The notes below the pieces were generated by a model. That model worked only from the letters and a program-made list of their open reading frames with translations, searched no databases and was not told the origin of the DNA. From Isurus oxyrinchus (lineage: Eukaryota), in the NCBI GenBank assembly GCA_026770705.1, contig JANJGN010000038.1:2852001-2916000 (forward strand): a stretch of 64,000 nt of DNA. The letters are read 5' to 3'. Made by a program: the position numbers and the translations under genes. Positions 39,401 through 51,979 of the stretch are shown in pieces; position 1 is the stretch's first letter, and each line of letters starts with the position of its first letter.

Positions 39401-42400
39401 ATATCAACATTGTGGGGATTACTATTGGACAGAACCTGAACTGTACCTTCCAGGTGAATAATGTGGCGAAAAGAGCAGTTCACAGACTAGGAACTCTGCA
39501 GTGAAAAGCTCACCTCATTACCCCCCAGGAACTGTCCACGATCTACAAAGCACAAGGCAAGAGTGTGATGTAATATTGTCCACTTGCCCAGATAGATGCA
39601 GCTCCAACAGCACTCAGGAAACGCAGCAATATCCAGGAAATGGTGCCCCCTTCAATGGCACCTTATCCACCGCCTTAAACATTAAGGCCCTCAGTCAGAG
39701 ACAGATAGTGACCACAGTATGTACCACACAAAATGAACTTCAGCAACTCACAAAGCCTCCATCGACAGCACGATGCAATCACGTGACCTCTACCACGTTG
39801 AAGGACAAAGGTTGTAGATGAAATGGAACACCACCGACTGCAAGTTCCCCTCCAAACCACATGCCACCCTGACTTGGAAATATGTTGCCGTGCTATCAAT
39901 GGTGCTGGCCCAAAGCCCTCTAACCGCCTTCCTGACATAAATGTTTTTACACGTAAACCATGTGGGCAACAGCATTTCATTAAGGCGGCGCATCACCACC
40001 TTTCAAGGGCAATTAGGGATGGTCAATAATAACTGGTGTAACCAGAGGCACCAACTTGCCATTAATAAATCAATAATTCCCAGCTGCTCCAAGTTCGGGA
40101 CTTAGCTCTTGTTCCTTGTTGCACAACCGCCTATTCATCTCAAGCCGTGTTCCCACAGAATGCTGTTAAAAAATCTAAATGTATTGAATTATAACCCTCA
40201 CTTTAGTAAATTGCTGACTGTTAATTCAACAAAATAATTATCAGAACATAGCTGCTAAGAATACTCAATCAATAAGAATATATGTGGACTGTGTTTAAGC
40301 ATCTGAAATGCTGTAGAATAATTGGACGTAATAAATTTTCCGGATTATTTCCCAAGTTCTCTTTATCCACCCAAGCCTATGTTGCTCCAGTCAATTAAGT
40401 AGCTGCAATAATAAATGGGGGTTAATAAGCTCATTGTTCCATCGAATTGCATCTTTCGTTATTTCTATTTTTGATGTGTTAGAATTAATGATTTCTGCGG
40501 GTGAGTTTCATTAACCTAATAAATGGTGCAAACGGAAACTTGAACAAAGTGCATAAGCAAAACAATCGTTAGAAATAAAGGCGGGACACTCAGATTTTTT
40601 TAAGAAAAACAACGGTGAATTTTAGAATCACACAGCTTATTTTATTATATTCCAAACCTTTGCATATACAGAGTATAAAATAGTGACTAAATAATAACAT
40701 CATAGCAACAATTTAAACAAAGATGAATATTACATGTATTGTTGAGAACATGCAATCTCCACATGACTAGCAACGGGCATAAGTTCCCAATGTTTCTAAC
40801 ATTTCATTTAGACAAATCACTGCAAAGATTGCAATTACAGATAAAGTCAACAAGGGATCTTGAGCCAATGCAGAACAACGAGGTAAAGGTGCACATCAGC
40901 CATGATCTAAATGAATGCAAAAAAACCATATCCGTATATATTTTAATTGTCACTCAACTTACGTCTTAATTGTTGAGAACATCAAATATCAGTGTTTGTA
41001 TCTGAAATTGTATAATGGAGAGAATTCACCTTCTAAATTTGGGCAACGATGTTTCATGGAAAGGGCTGTGGAATTGCAAGCTTTACACCCATGTTCAAAA
41101 AAGGTTGTAAGAATAAGCCCACAAATTACAGACCAGTCAGCCTAACTTCAGTGGTGGGCAAGATTCTAGAGAAAAAATTATTACGGATAGAATTAGCAGT
41201 CACATGCAAAAATAATGATTCATAAGTAAGAGCCAGCATGGATTTCTCAGGGGGAAATCGTGTTTAAAGAACTTGCTGGAGTTATTTGAAGAGGCAACAG
41301 AAAAGGTCAATGAGGGTAATGCTGTTGATGTGGTGTACATGGACTTTCAAAAGGCATTTGATATAGTGCCAAACAACAGATCTGTGAGAAATGTTATTGC
41401 TAATGGAATAAAAGGGACAGTAACAACTTTGATCCAAAATTATGTGAAAAAATAGGTGGCAGAGACTAATGGTCAATGGATATTTTGGTGGCTGGAGGGA
41501 GGTTTGCAGTGGAGTTCCCCAGGGGTCGGCATTGGTACGTTTGCTTGTCCTGATATATATTAGCGATCTAAATCTTGGTGTGCAGGGGAGAATTTGAACG
41601 CTTGCAGATGATACTGAGCTTCGGAGTGTTGCAAACAGCGAGGGGGACAGTGCAGAACTTCAAGAGGAGATAGTCAAGTTGATGAACTGGGGAGGTAGGT
41701 GATGAAATTTAACACAGAAAAGTGTGAAATGTATTTTATAGGATGAACATTTAAAGGCAGTATAAAATAAGGGATAAATTTTAAAGAGGGTGCAGGAGCA
41801 GAAAGACCTGGGGTGTATATGTGCATAGATAGTTGAATGTGGCAGGACAGGTGGAGAGAGCAGTTAATAAAGCAGATCGTACACTGGGCTTTGTTAATAG
41901 GGGCATAATGTACAAGAGCACGGAGGTTAGCTGATTTTGTATACGGCACTCACTAGGCCTCAGCTGGTGTATTGTGTACAGTTCTGGGCGATAAATTATA
42001 GGAAGGGTGTGAACTCATTGGAGACAGAGCAGAGGAGTTTTAAAAGAATTGATGAGAATCTTCAGCTATATGGATAGATTAAAGAGGTTGGGACCGTTTT
42101 CCTTGGAAAGATGAAGGCTAAGAGGGGATTTGATAGAGATGTTCAAAATCACAACGAAACTGAATAGATTAGGTAAAGAGTAGCTTTTGCCGCCGTTAAA
42201 GGATAAAGAACGAGAGGACACAGACTTAAAGTGATTTGCAAACGAAGCAAATGCGACGTGAGAGAAAACGCTTTCACAAAACAATGGTTCGGGTCTGGAA
42301 GTTGCTGCCTGGGAGTATTGTGGAGGCAGGTTCAGTGGAGGTTCAAGAGAGCATCGGATATTTATTTGAATAGAAACAATAGGCAGGGGTACAGGGAAGA

Positions 42401-43323
42401 GGCAGGACAATGACACTAGTTCGTTATGCTCATTTGGGGATCCGGTGCAGGCACGATGGGCCGAATGGCCTCCTTCTGTGCCATTATGATTTTGTGATTC
42501 AGTGATATGTTTTCTCCCTTCTTGTGCCCTTAACGATTTTCTTCAAAAATGTTAAAAAAATTGGCCAGAAATAGATCTTCAGAGGAATTGATTTGGAGGC
42601 ATCAGCGATCTCAGAGCAAGAAACTTCCAGAGGAATCCACAAACATGTGTTGAAACAAGGGTTTTGTTTTTAAAAATATTTTTCAGGAATCTGTGTAGCT
42701 AACAATCAGTCAGGTCTGCCTTTAGTTTCCATTGGGTCTCTACAAGGATGTAAGCCCGTGCGACTGTGCCTGAAAATAATGTCTCTGTTACTCGCATGGC
42801 GCTGGTAAGCAAAGATGCAATGCTGTGCTCCTCTGGGAGCTGTATGTGAGATATGCACAAAACGTTTTTAAAATTTCCTCAGTTACGCAACACTAATTAA
42901 ATCATTTCCACATTCAGATATGGTCTATTAACAATTCTGGAACATTTGCCAGTGGAGAAAGTCTTTCCTTAACAAAATGGGATTTTCAGTATAAGCCGTG
43001 ACCAGATGAATGCTTAGTATTGCTGCATATCTTCTTTCAACGATGTATTTTTGGTATTATTCACATACGTGTTTTCATTTCCTATAGGGAATGCTTTGAT
43101 CTTCTGTAACAGCCGGCGAGCCTTAACTCATCCTAGGACAAGGGCAGGTTCAACAAGCCTGGTGGGTTGTCTGCGAGCTCACGGACGTGGTAAGGGCGTT
43201 TTTCTTGTTAATTTTCCAATTCAAATTGTCATGAAATATTCAACAAATGATTGAGACAGGAAACAATCCTACTATTTCAAAAGTAGTACTAACACATAGC
43301 GGCATTCAATGTTTTCTTCTCAA

Positions 43324-43329
43324 TTTATT
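43324..43329 (-). terminator. Polyadenylation signal of the membrane Ig mRNA (proximal copy)
   Basis: AATAAA on the minus strand about 280 nt after the TM2 stop. Conserved in the duplicate at 26495-26500. Confidence 0.65.
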
Positions 43330-43610
43330 TTAATTGATTCTGTGGGATTTGCTGAACATACAGGGTTGTTGTAATGATGCACAATTCTATTTAGCTCTGC
43401 TGCTTAAGAAAGAAAGTGTTAATTTATGAGCTAATAGAAGCAAATTAAGCAGAGTTGCCACGGATTGGCTGAGACTATTGTGCAACCACAAGGTGAAGTG
43501 GTGTAATGGAGCAGCTGCTAACGCTGATAGACTCACACAATCCGGCCCCAAGGGATCTTCGTCAACAAGCTTTGAAGAGAAAGCTGAAGTGACCACTGGT
43601 CAAGCAGTTG

Positions 43611-43619
43611 CTATTTCAC
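43611..43619 (-). CDS. IgW: Ig heavy-chain TM2 exon coding part (VK*), proximal copy
   Basis: ttttttttcactgcag|GTG AAA TAG completes the classic KVK cytoplasmic tail. Followed by a 3' UTR and AATAAA at 43324-43329. Confidence 0.85.
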   Translation of the reverse strand: MK

Positions 43620-44829
43620 CTGCAGTGAAAAAAAGCATAGCATTAAAACTAGTGAGTACCGCAATGAGAAAAATGATGTGGAATTCAACTGACAAGTCCG
43701 GGGTATACAACAACAACAATACTATGCATAACTATCGTGAAAGATAAGGAGCTTTACGGGTTTGGGTCATTACCCCCCACAATCGACATTCAGGACCCCA
43801 CGTGCAGATAATCTCATTTGCCATGTGTCTTCTCGATCTTATAAATGAAAAGTGAATTATTTGTTACCTGATTTTAAATACTCCACAATAATTATATAAC
43901 TTTCGGAAACAAATGTGACGAATCAATGCTTGATCCCTAGTGCACCAAATGTACTCCATCTGCAGTTCCATTGATCTGAACATTGCATTCCAGATGAGAT
44001 TTGAACGACGGTCTTTTAAAAAAAAATGCTGCTTAATCAATATGTTTGGACCAGGGAAATGCCATCGCATCAGTATTTTGATCACCCGGTACCTTTCCCT
44101 TAAATATTGACCTGGTCAACATTTTTTTGTTGTTCCTGTGTATCTGTTCAGAGCTTTCCCATTTCCACATTATTACCGTTGACTATCCCTACGCATCTAA
44201 ATGAGGTCCTCACATAGTTTATACGTGCACACAAATTGTCATTCATTTACCCGCAAGCTAAATTAAACTGCTTTTTATTGTAATGCCATTTTCTGTTCAA
44301 AGTCTAATGCACCCTCTCGGTTAGTATTGTCAGTGATTGTATGTATACTCTCCTCTGTTCCTTCGAATTCCAGTGAATTGCTTTGCAGTATAATCTCACA
44401 AGATGAGTAAGTATATGCATTCCCATTTTAATATCATGGATCATGACGTAAGGTTTAGAAAATACGTTGATGTTACATGAACAATATTGTAGCTGAATGG
44501 TTAAACCTACTGAAGTTTTGGGAGGTGAGAAGTACAGTTGGTTGAAGTATAGAATGCGATCGACAGCATTGTCAGAGAGGATGGGAATGTTGAAAACAAC
44601 ATTGTTGTTAGTTTCTGTTTGTAATCACTACCTAATAAGCGAATGTTCGCAATCTACATTGTAAATGTGCATTTATGAATTTACAACGCCATGGGGGAAA
44701 TAAGGACTGAGGAAATGACTTTGGAATGTGAACTGAATAATATCCTTGCTCTAATAATCCTTTGCTTTCTACATGTGAAAGCATTACTTGCTCCCGATGC
44801 TCCCTGTGGAATGCCACATATTTTCTAGT

Positions 44830-44851
44830 ATGTGTGTGTATGTGTGTGTTT

Positions 44852-44906
<55 letters not shown>
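44830..44906. repeat. (GT)n microsatellite
   Basis: Long GT run. The homologous run in copy A (~28000-28028) is much shorter. Confidence 0.9.
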
Positions 44907-44914
<8 letters not shown>

Positions 44915-47900
44915 CATGCATGAGAGGAATATTACTAAATACATACAGATATAAACAGATAGATGGCTGGGAGATGGTTAGTCGGAAAGAGATGGAAAGC
45001 TAGAAAGATGAGTGAAACATATCAAGTGTGAGAGAGAAACTTAAAAATGTTCACACTTGAAGGTGTAAGTTTTCAGATTTTGATGTTTATCAACTTGTTT
45101 AATTTCAGACATATCCATTGTCTCCAACTCTACCAAAATGTCGCTCTCCTACTGGATTATACAGAGGGGGTATAAAACCACGTGCAATCTATGGAATAAG
45201 TCTTTATTCAAAATGATAGATAAATAAGCAGATAGACAGTTGGAAAATCATTATAGATAAGTGAGAGAAATATTGAGTAAAAAAGGAAAAACCGAACTTA
45301 TGGAGCGCTATTACTACCTCAGAACGTCCAGCACGCTTTCTGGCCAGTGAAATCCTCCTGAGCTGTAATCAGTTTTGTAATGTATGGAACGTGGCAGTCC
45401 ATTTCCACACAGTAATCTACCAGAAAGCTCAATGTGATAATGACCTGATAATCTGCTTTCCATGATGTTGATTGAGTGATTTGTTTACCAGAGCACTGGG
45501 GAGAACTTCCTTGCCCTTCTTCGAAATAATGTCATAGGATCGTTTGCTTCTGACTGAGTAAACAAACGGGACTTCGGTTCACAGTTCCACAGTAGAGAGC
45601 ACCAAAATTTCCCGGATCAATATTCATAAATAAACATCATGTTTCCAACATGAATAAAATAATAAACATGAGTAAGGTACAATGGAACTCAAACAACTCG
45701 TGTACATTAACCGAGGAGCAGCTGGAGTTACTGCGGGCCTCGGAATCTCCTGAAGTGCATTAATTACAGGTGGTTGTCATCCTGCCGATCCAGTGTTCAG
45801 GATGTTTGTAAATGGTTGGCCATCCGATAGGTTAAGGAAATGCTCACAATGCAGGAATCCTCCAGGGTTATTACATATTCAAATCAGTTTGCAGGGCTTT
45901 GAGTAGAGCTGTCTAGTAATCATCCACGTGACTATGGGCGAGATTGAAACACGTCAGTGAATCACAAAGTGGAGGATTGCAGTTTGTTAGGAAACCTGAT
46001 ATTCCACAGAATTGGCTGGCGTTTCTGCCACCACCAACATGAGTTACACTTTACCTCAATTGTGCCAAAGTCAGTAACATCATTGAGTGGATGAAGAAGA
46101 TTTTGAGAAGGAAAGGAAAATGACCAAATATCACTGTCCATGTTTCAACCAATGATACAGGTAGGGAAAGGATTGAGGTAGACCGAAATAGTTTCAGCAC
46201 CTAGCGCACAACCTTCACGTTGGCAATCCCCCGATTATCCCCAGTGCTACAGAACAGTTAGTGCAAGAGCAGCAACATAAATCAGGTTAATGTACGAGTG
46301 GTGAAACTGTTCAGAAGATGCTTCAAAATATGGGGCCAATGGGGCCATTTGAGGGGTTGCTGGGACCTGAACAAGGTGGACACCTTGCACACAAAGAGGA
46401 CTGGAATCAATGCCGTCGCAGAAATAATAACCAAATCGTGGCGGAGGGTTTAAATGAGAATGGCAGAGGTGGTCCATTCCCCACCCAGCAGATGAAGAAT
46501 TAGAGGGCAGAGAAAAGTTGCAGAGAGCGTAAATACACAAACTGGATTTGATTGAAGTACAGCTCCGAGTTAGAAGGGTTAATAAAAGAAGAATTGCAAA
46601 ACAATCCACGATCACGTTGTGTCCATGTGTGTTAATTCCCGGTAAATTTTAATTAACATCATTGGGCTGCAGGCACGAGAGGCCATATAGTATTATGTTG
46701 TAACGGCAATAACAGAGAACTAGGTGAGATGAAGGAAGAAATAACAATTTTGTGATCATGTCGACAATGCTTTGAGGTAAGATGAGGAAGGGAAAAAGGA
46801 GGGAGGGTGGTACTTTTATCAAATATATTTTTTAAGTACGAGAAAGTGTTGGTGCACTTGAGAGTTCAAACACGGAATTTGTTTCAGTAGAACTGATGAA
46901 TAGCAGAAAAGACTATTAGGTGCTAGGTGTATACTATGGACCACAACATAGTGGGGAGGAAATGGAGGAGCAAAACTACAGGAACATCACAGAAATTTGC
47001 GAGGCATTCAGCGTATTGGCGATAGGGGGCATCATTTATTATATGAGGCTGAATGAAACAGTATCAAACAAAAAGACATGGAGGAACTCCTGCAATGTAG
47101 AGAAGATTGTTCTCGTGGTCACTGTGTTTTACCTCCCAGCAAGGAAGGAAGCGGTGGCGAATCTAGCTCTAAGGTATTAAGTGAATCATGTAGCAGACGG
47201 AGATAATATGGGAAACGACTGATAATATTATTATGTTTAAAGTACATATGGATTCGTAGGACTAATCATTTGTGACAATATTCAACGGAGGTGGCGTTAA
47301 TTTCGTTGAATGGAAAGGTGACGTGCTCCAAATGGATTGAAATGAAAGACTGAAAGCAAAACACTAAATTAACAAAAGGAGGCTCTCTGAGTGGTTATAG
47401 TTTATTTTCACAAAGCACACGAAGGTAGTGATAAGAGCTTATGTAAAAGTGGCAAAGAGCATTTCGCAATAGATTATCTGGTAACAGAGAGGTGAGTCTA
47501 AACCTCTGTTCTAAACTTGTAAAGAGAAAACGTGTAACCAAAGTAAGAGTGATCCGATTAGAAAGCGAAAGGTAACTCTGTTCTGGAGGCAGAGGGACCG
47601 ACTTTGGGACTAATTTAATACTTTGCATATGTCTTCAGGGAAGAAGATAACGCTGCAAATGTTACAATCAGGAGGTGACACTGGAAAGACAAAACAGAGA
47701 GGAGAAACACAGATGCAGGGGAAGAAGATAATGTTCTGCCAGTGCGCAAAGTGAAAAATTCACCCAGCTGGATGGGATACATCCGAAACAGATTAGTGAA
47801 GTAGGATTACAATTACAGATAGTCTGGACACAACGTTCCAGTTCTGCTTTGATATGGGTCTAGTTACAGGGGAATGGGAGCTTATCAATGACACGCCCTG

Positions 47901-49547
47901 TCCAAAAATAGGATAACATTATGCAATTGACCTACACGTCAGCTCCCCTCGCGCCAGAGGTGGGGAATATTCCACCAACTATGGATCAGTATTGCCTCCA
48001 GTTCTGACCACTACCCTGCAGGATGTAAAGGCTTAGTGACAACAGCAATGAGAATTACTGGAATGGCACCAGGAATAAAAATGTCAGTTATGTATTGGCA
48101 CTGGAAAACCTGGTATATTGGAATATAAACTATTATGAGTAGATTTTAGTAAATAATGGAAAGAGCTTCCAGTGTTAGAATAGTCAGCTAATTATCTCTG
48201 CAAGGGAGTCCTCTGAATTGGGATGTAGATTTTTTGTGATGCTTGTCAGTGGTTTGTGAAGACGGAATAGAGAGCCATACATCTCAGTTAGCTGACAATG
48301 CTAACTTAAGCAGCACAACAAAGAGCAGAAAGTCACAAACGGTCTTCCTAATATTAAATCAATGGGGGATTGGGGTAGGCTCTGCACAATGATAGGTAAA
48401 TTTGCCTGTGGAAACCTGAGGTCATCTAGTCTGAAACTAAGGAAGATATACGATTGTTATTTTCTAACAATGAGACGATTAAAACTATAGAACATCTGGA
48501 ATAATTAGCTTTACAACTACAGAAATCCTTAAAGTTAGTGGGAAAGAAATACAAATAAGTAAAGAAGCAAATGGACAGTTTGCTTTAATCCCACGCGTGG
48601 GGCAGGTGGAATACAAAGCAGTAGACCTATTTTCTCTGTTGTACAAAGCTTTCGTTACTGTGTTCGGTTCTGGGAAGCCCACATCAGGAAGTGCGTGCAG
48701 GGATGGAACAGGGATTCACCAGAAAGACACCGGTTATAAAACGGTTAAAATTATGCTAACATGATCTTCACATTTGGATTGTGTTGCCTTGAATATTACA
48801 GGATGAACTACTTTAGTTGCTTAAATAATTACTTGGTATGGCTGTTAATATAGTAATAATTTAAAAACAAAAATCTACCATATGCCAACAACATGAAAAA
48901 AACAACTTAAAAGTAGATTTGGCTACTTCAGGGACGAATCGAGGGAGCACTTCTTTACACATTGGCTGGACACAATCTAAGACTTTCCCCACAGCCTAAA
49001 AGGAAATTTAAATGTCGAGGTTGGATTCCAATTTAACTGCGTTTGACAGAGCTTTGTTAGTTAGGCATATTAATAAACATGACGGCAAGGTATGCTTAAT
49101 TCGCTAAAACACAGATCAGCCACTATCTGAATGAATGAAGGAGGATGGTGAGCGCCACAAACTTCCCTTTGTCTTCTTCTTGACATAATCTTTCCTCTTC
49201 GGTTTAATCCTAACCTTAACTGTTGTCATTTGCTAAAATTGAAGCCCAGATCTATAGTTCATTTTTCTATGATTGTGGATTTTTGTGCCAACCAATTTGT
49301 ATTATTTGCTTATCGATTGAAAACCTAACATTTTCTTCATTCCTTCCGTAGTCAATTCCCTTCTCACCTGTTAACAATGTTCCTGTTTGGTAATCTTCCA
49401 TAGTCAATGTTTGTTTTCATCTTTCCAACGGCCACATCACCTCCTATTCTTCCATAGTGACTGCTTTCCTCATCTCTCCACAATGATCCATTTCCCATCA
49501 TTTCATATGTTACACTATCCTAATCATTTCACAGTGATTCACCTCAC

Positions 49548-51250
49548 AACCATAAGACCATAAGACCATAAGACATAGGAGCAGAAATTAAGCCACTCGG
49601 CCTATTGAGTCTGCTCCGCCATTCAATCTTGGCTGATAAATTTCTCAACCATTTCTCCCGCCTTCTCTCTGCAACCTTTGATCAGCTTACCAATCAAGAA
49701 CGTACCTATCTCGGTCTTACATACACTGAATGACCTGGCCTCCACAACCTTCTGTGGCAATGAATTCCATAGATTCACCACTCTCTGGCTAAAGAAGTTT
49801 CTCCTCATCTCTGTTCTGACAGGTCTTCCCTTTACTCTGAGGCTGTGCCCTCGGGTCCTAGTCTCTCCTACTAATGGAAACATCCTCCGCACGTTCACTT
49901 TATCCAGGCCTTTCAGTATTCTGTAAGTTTCAATCAGATCCCCCCTCATCCTGCTGAACTCTATAGAGTATAGACCCAGAGACCTCTAATATTCCGCATA
50001 TGTTAAGCCTTTCATTCCTGGGATCATTTTTGTTAACCTCCTCTGGGCCCTCTCCAGGGCCAGCACATCCTTCCTGAGATACACGCCAAAAATTGCTCAA
50101 AATGTTCTAAATGTGGTCTGACCAGAGCGTTATGAAGCCTCAGCAGCACATCCTTGCTTTTATATTCTAGTCCTCTCAAAATAAATGCCAACATCGCAAT
50201 TGCCTTACTAACTACCCACTCAACCGGCAAGTTAACCTTAAGAAAATCCCTTTGCACCCCAGATTTCTGAATTCTCTCCGCATTTAGAAAATAGTCTATG
50301 CCTCTATTCTTCCTAACAAAGTGCATGACCTCGCACTTCCCCACGTTGTATTCCATCTGCCACTTCTTTGCCATTCTCCTAACCTGTCCAAATCCTTCTG
50401 CAGCCTCCCCGCCTCCTCAATACTACCTGTCCCTCCATCTATTTTTGTATTATCTGGAAACCTAGCCAGGATGCCCTCAGTTCCTTCATCGAGTTCATTA
50501 ATGTATAAAGTGAAAAGTTGTGGTCATAACACTGACCCCTGTGGAACTCCACTAGTCACCGGCCATCATCCTGAGAAGGATCCCCTTATCCCCACTCTCT
50601 GCCTCCTGCCAGACAGCCATCTTCTATCCATGCTAGTAGCTTGCCTCTAACAGCATGGGCTTTTATCTTATTGAGCACCCTCCTGTGCGGCACCTTGTCA
50701 AAGGCCTTCTGGAAGTCCAAGTAGATAACATCCATTGGCTCCCCTTTGTCTAACCTACTCGTTACAACCTCAAAGAATTCTAACAGATTTGTCAGGCATG
50801 ACCTCCCCTTGATGAAACCATACTGACTTTGCCCTTTTACCATGCACTTCCAAGTATTCTGAAATCTCAACCTTTATATTGGGCTCTAAAATCTTACCAA
50901 TGACCGAGGTCAGGCTAATCGGCCTGTAATCTCCCATCTTTCGCGTCATTCCCTTCTTAAACAGAGGGCTTACATTTGCAATTTTCCAGTCCTCTGGGAC
51001 CCTCCCTGACTCGAGTGGTTCCTGAAAGATCACGAACAACCGCCTCCACTGTCTTTTCAGCTATCTCCTTCAGAATTCTTTGGTGTAATCCATCTGGTCC
51101 AGGTGATTTATCCACCTTCAGAACTTTCAGTTTTCCAAGCACCTTCTCCTTGGTAATGGCAGCATACTCACCTCTGCCCCCCCCCCCCCCCACCCCACCC
51201 TCCGACTCTCTTGAACTTTGGGGAGGTTACTCATGTCTTCCACCGTGAAG
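49548..51250 (-). mobile_element. Younger CR1 LINE insertion specific to copy B, inside the TM1-TM2 intron
   Basis: RT fragments (KSPGPDGLH, SQYGFIKGRSCLTNL, DFQKAFDKVPH, RRNFFSQRVVNLWNSLP) and an 8-mer tail repeat (plus-strand cataagac)n. Absent at the homologous site (~32720) in copy A. Confidence 0.92.
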
Positions 51251-51821
51251 ACATCATTGTGAGCTAGAGCTTTCCTCAACCCCACTGTATCCCACCTCCC
51301 AGCAATCATAATAAGTGATTTTCTCATCTATTCACATTGATCCATCAACCATCAATTTGCAATCAATACTTTCTTCAACTCTTTACAGTGATCCAGGTTT
51401 ACATGCAAATGCTTTGCTTGTGCTTTCCCCTTTCTCTCAGACAAAACTTCGCATGACTTCAGAAACCTCATGCTCAATACATGAGATTTGTCATCACATC
51501 ACCAATTGTTTCTGATCATTAGCTTAAAGATCCAGAATCTAGAAACAATGCACTTTTTTCATTATTGACATATTCCGCTCCTTAATGTGGCAATAATATT
51601 ACTATGCATTAAGTCTTCTCCTCAATCTTCTTAATAGGGAGGCTTATAAAATATGTAGATGGAAATTAGTAATGAAACTCAACCTGACACTGTGGGAAAG
51701 GTTGAAATTATGCAAATATTGAAATCTTTAGTTCATCTGTATCTTTGCTATATCTCAGTAAGAAGCTCAACTGCTGAATAAATTTACACATTTTCTCGAT
51801 ACTACTGTGAACCATCTTTAC

Positions 51822-51979
51822 CTTAAGGACTGTCACGTACGAGCTGTATATCATACTTAGAATGAACAAAGTGACGAAAGCGACTACTGTTGATGCAGTG
51901 CCTACATCCTCATCGAAGTTTTCTAATCCGTCTTCCTCTACTAATTGGTCGTCCATACCTTCCATTATTTGAGGGAGTT
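51822..51979 (-). CDS. IgW: Ig heavy-chain transmembrane exon TM1 (intact, proximal copy)
   Basis: 158-nt exon, ttctag|AA...CTTAAG|gtaaag, phase 1 in and phase 0 out. Reads ELPQIMEGMDDQLVEEDGLENFDEDVGTASTVVAFVTLFILSMIYSSYVTVLK: acidic spacer plus the antigen-receptor CART-type TM motif (T..F..LF..S..YS..VT..K). Confidence 0.9.
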
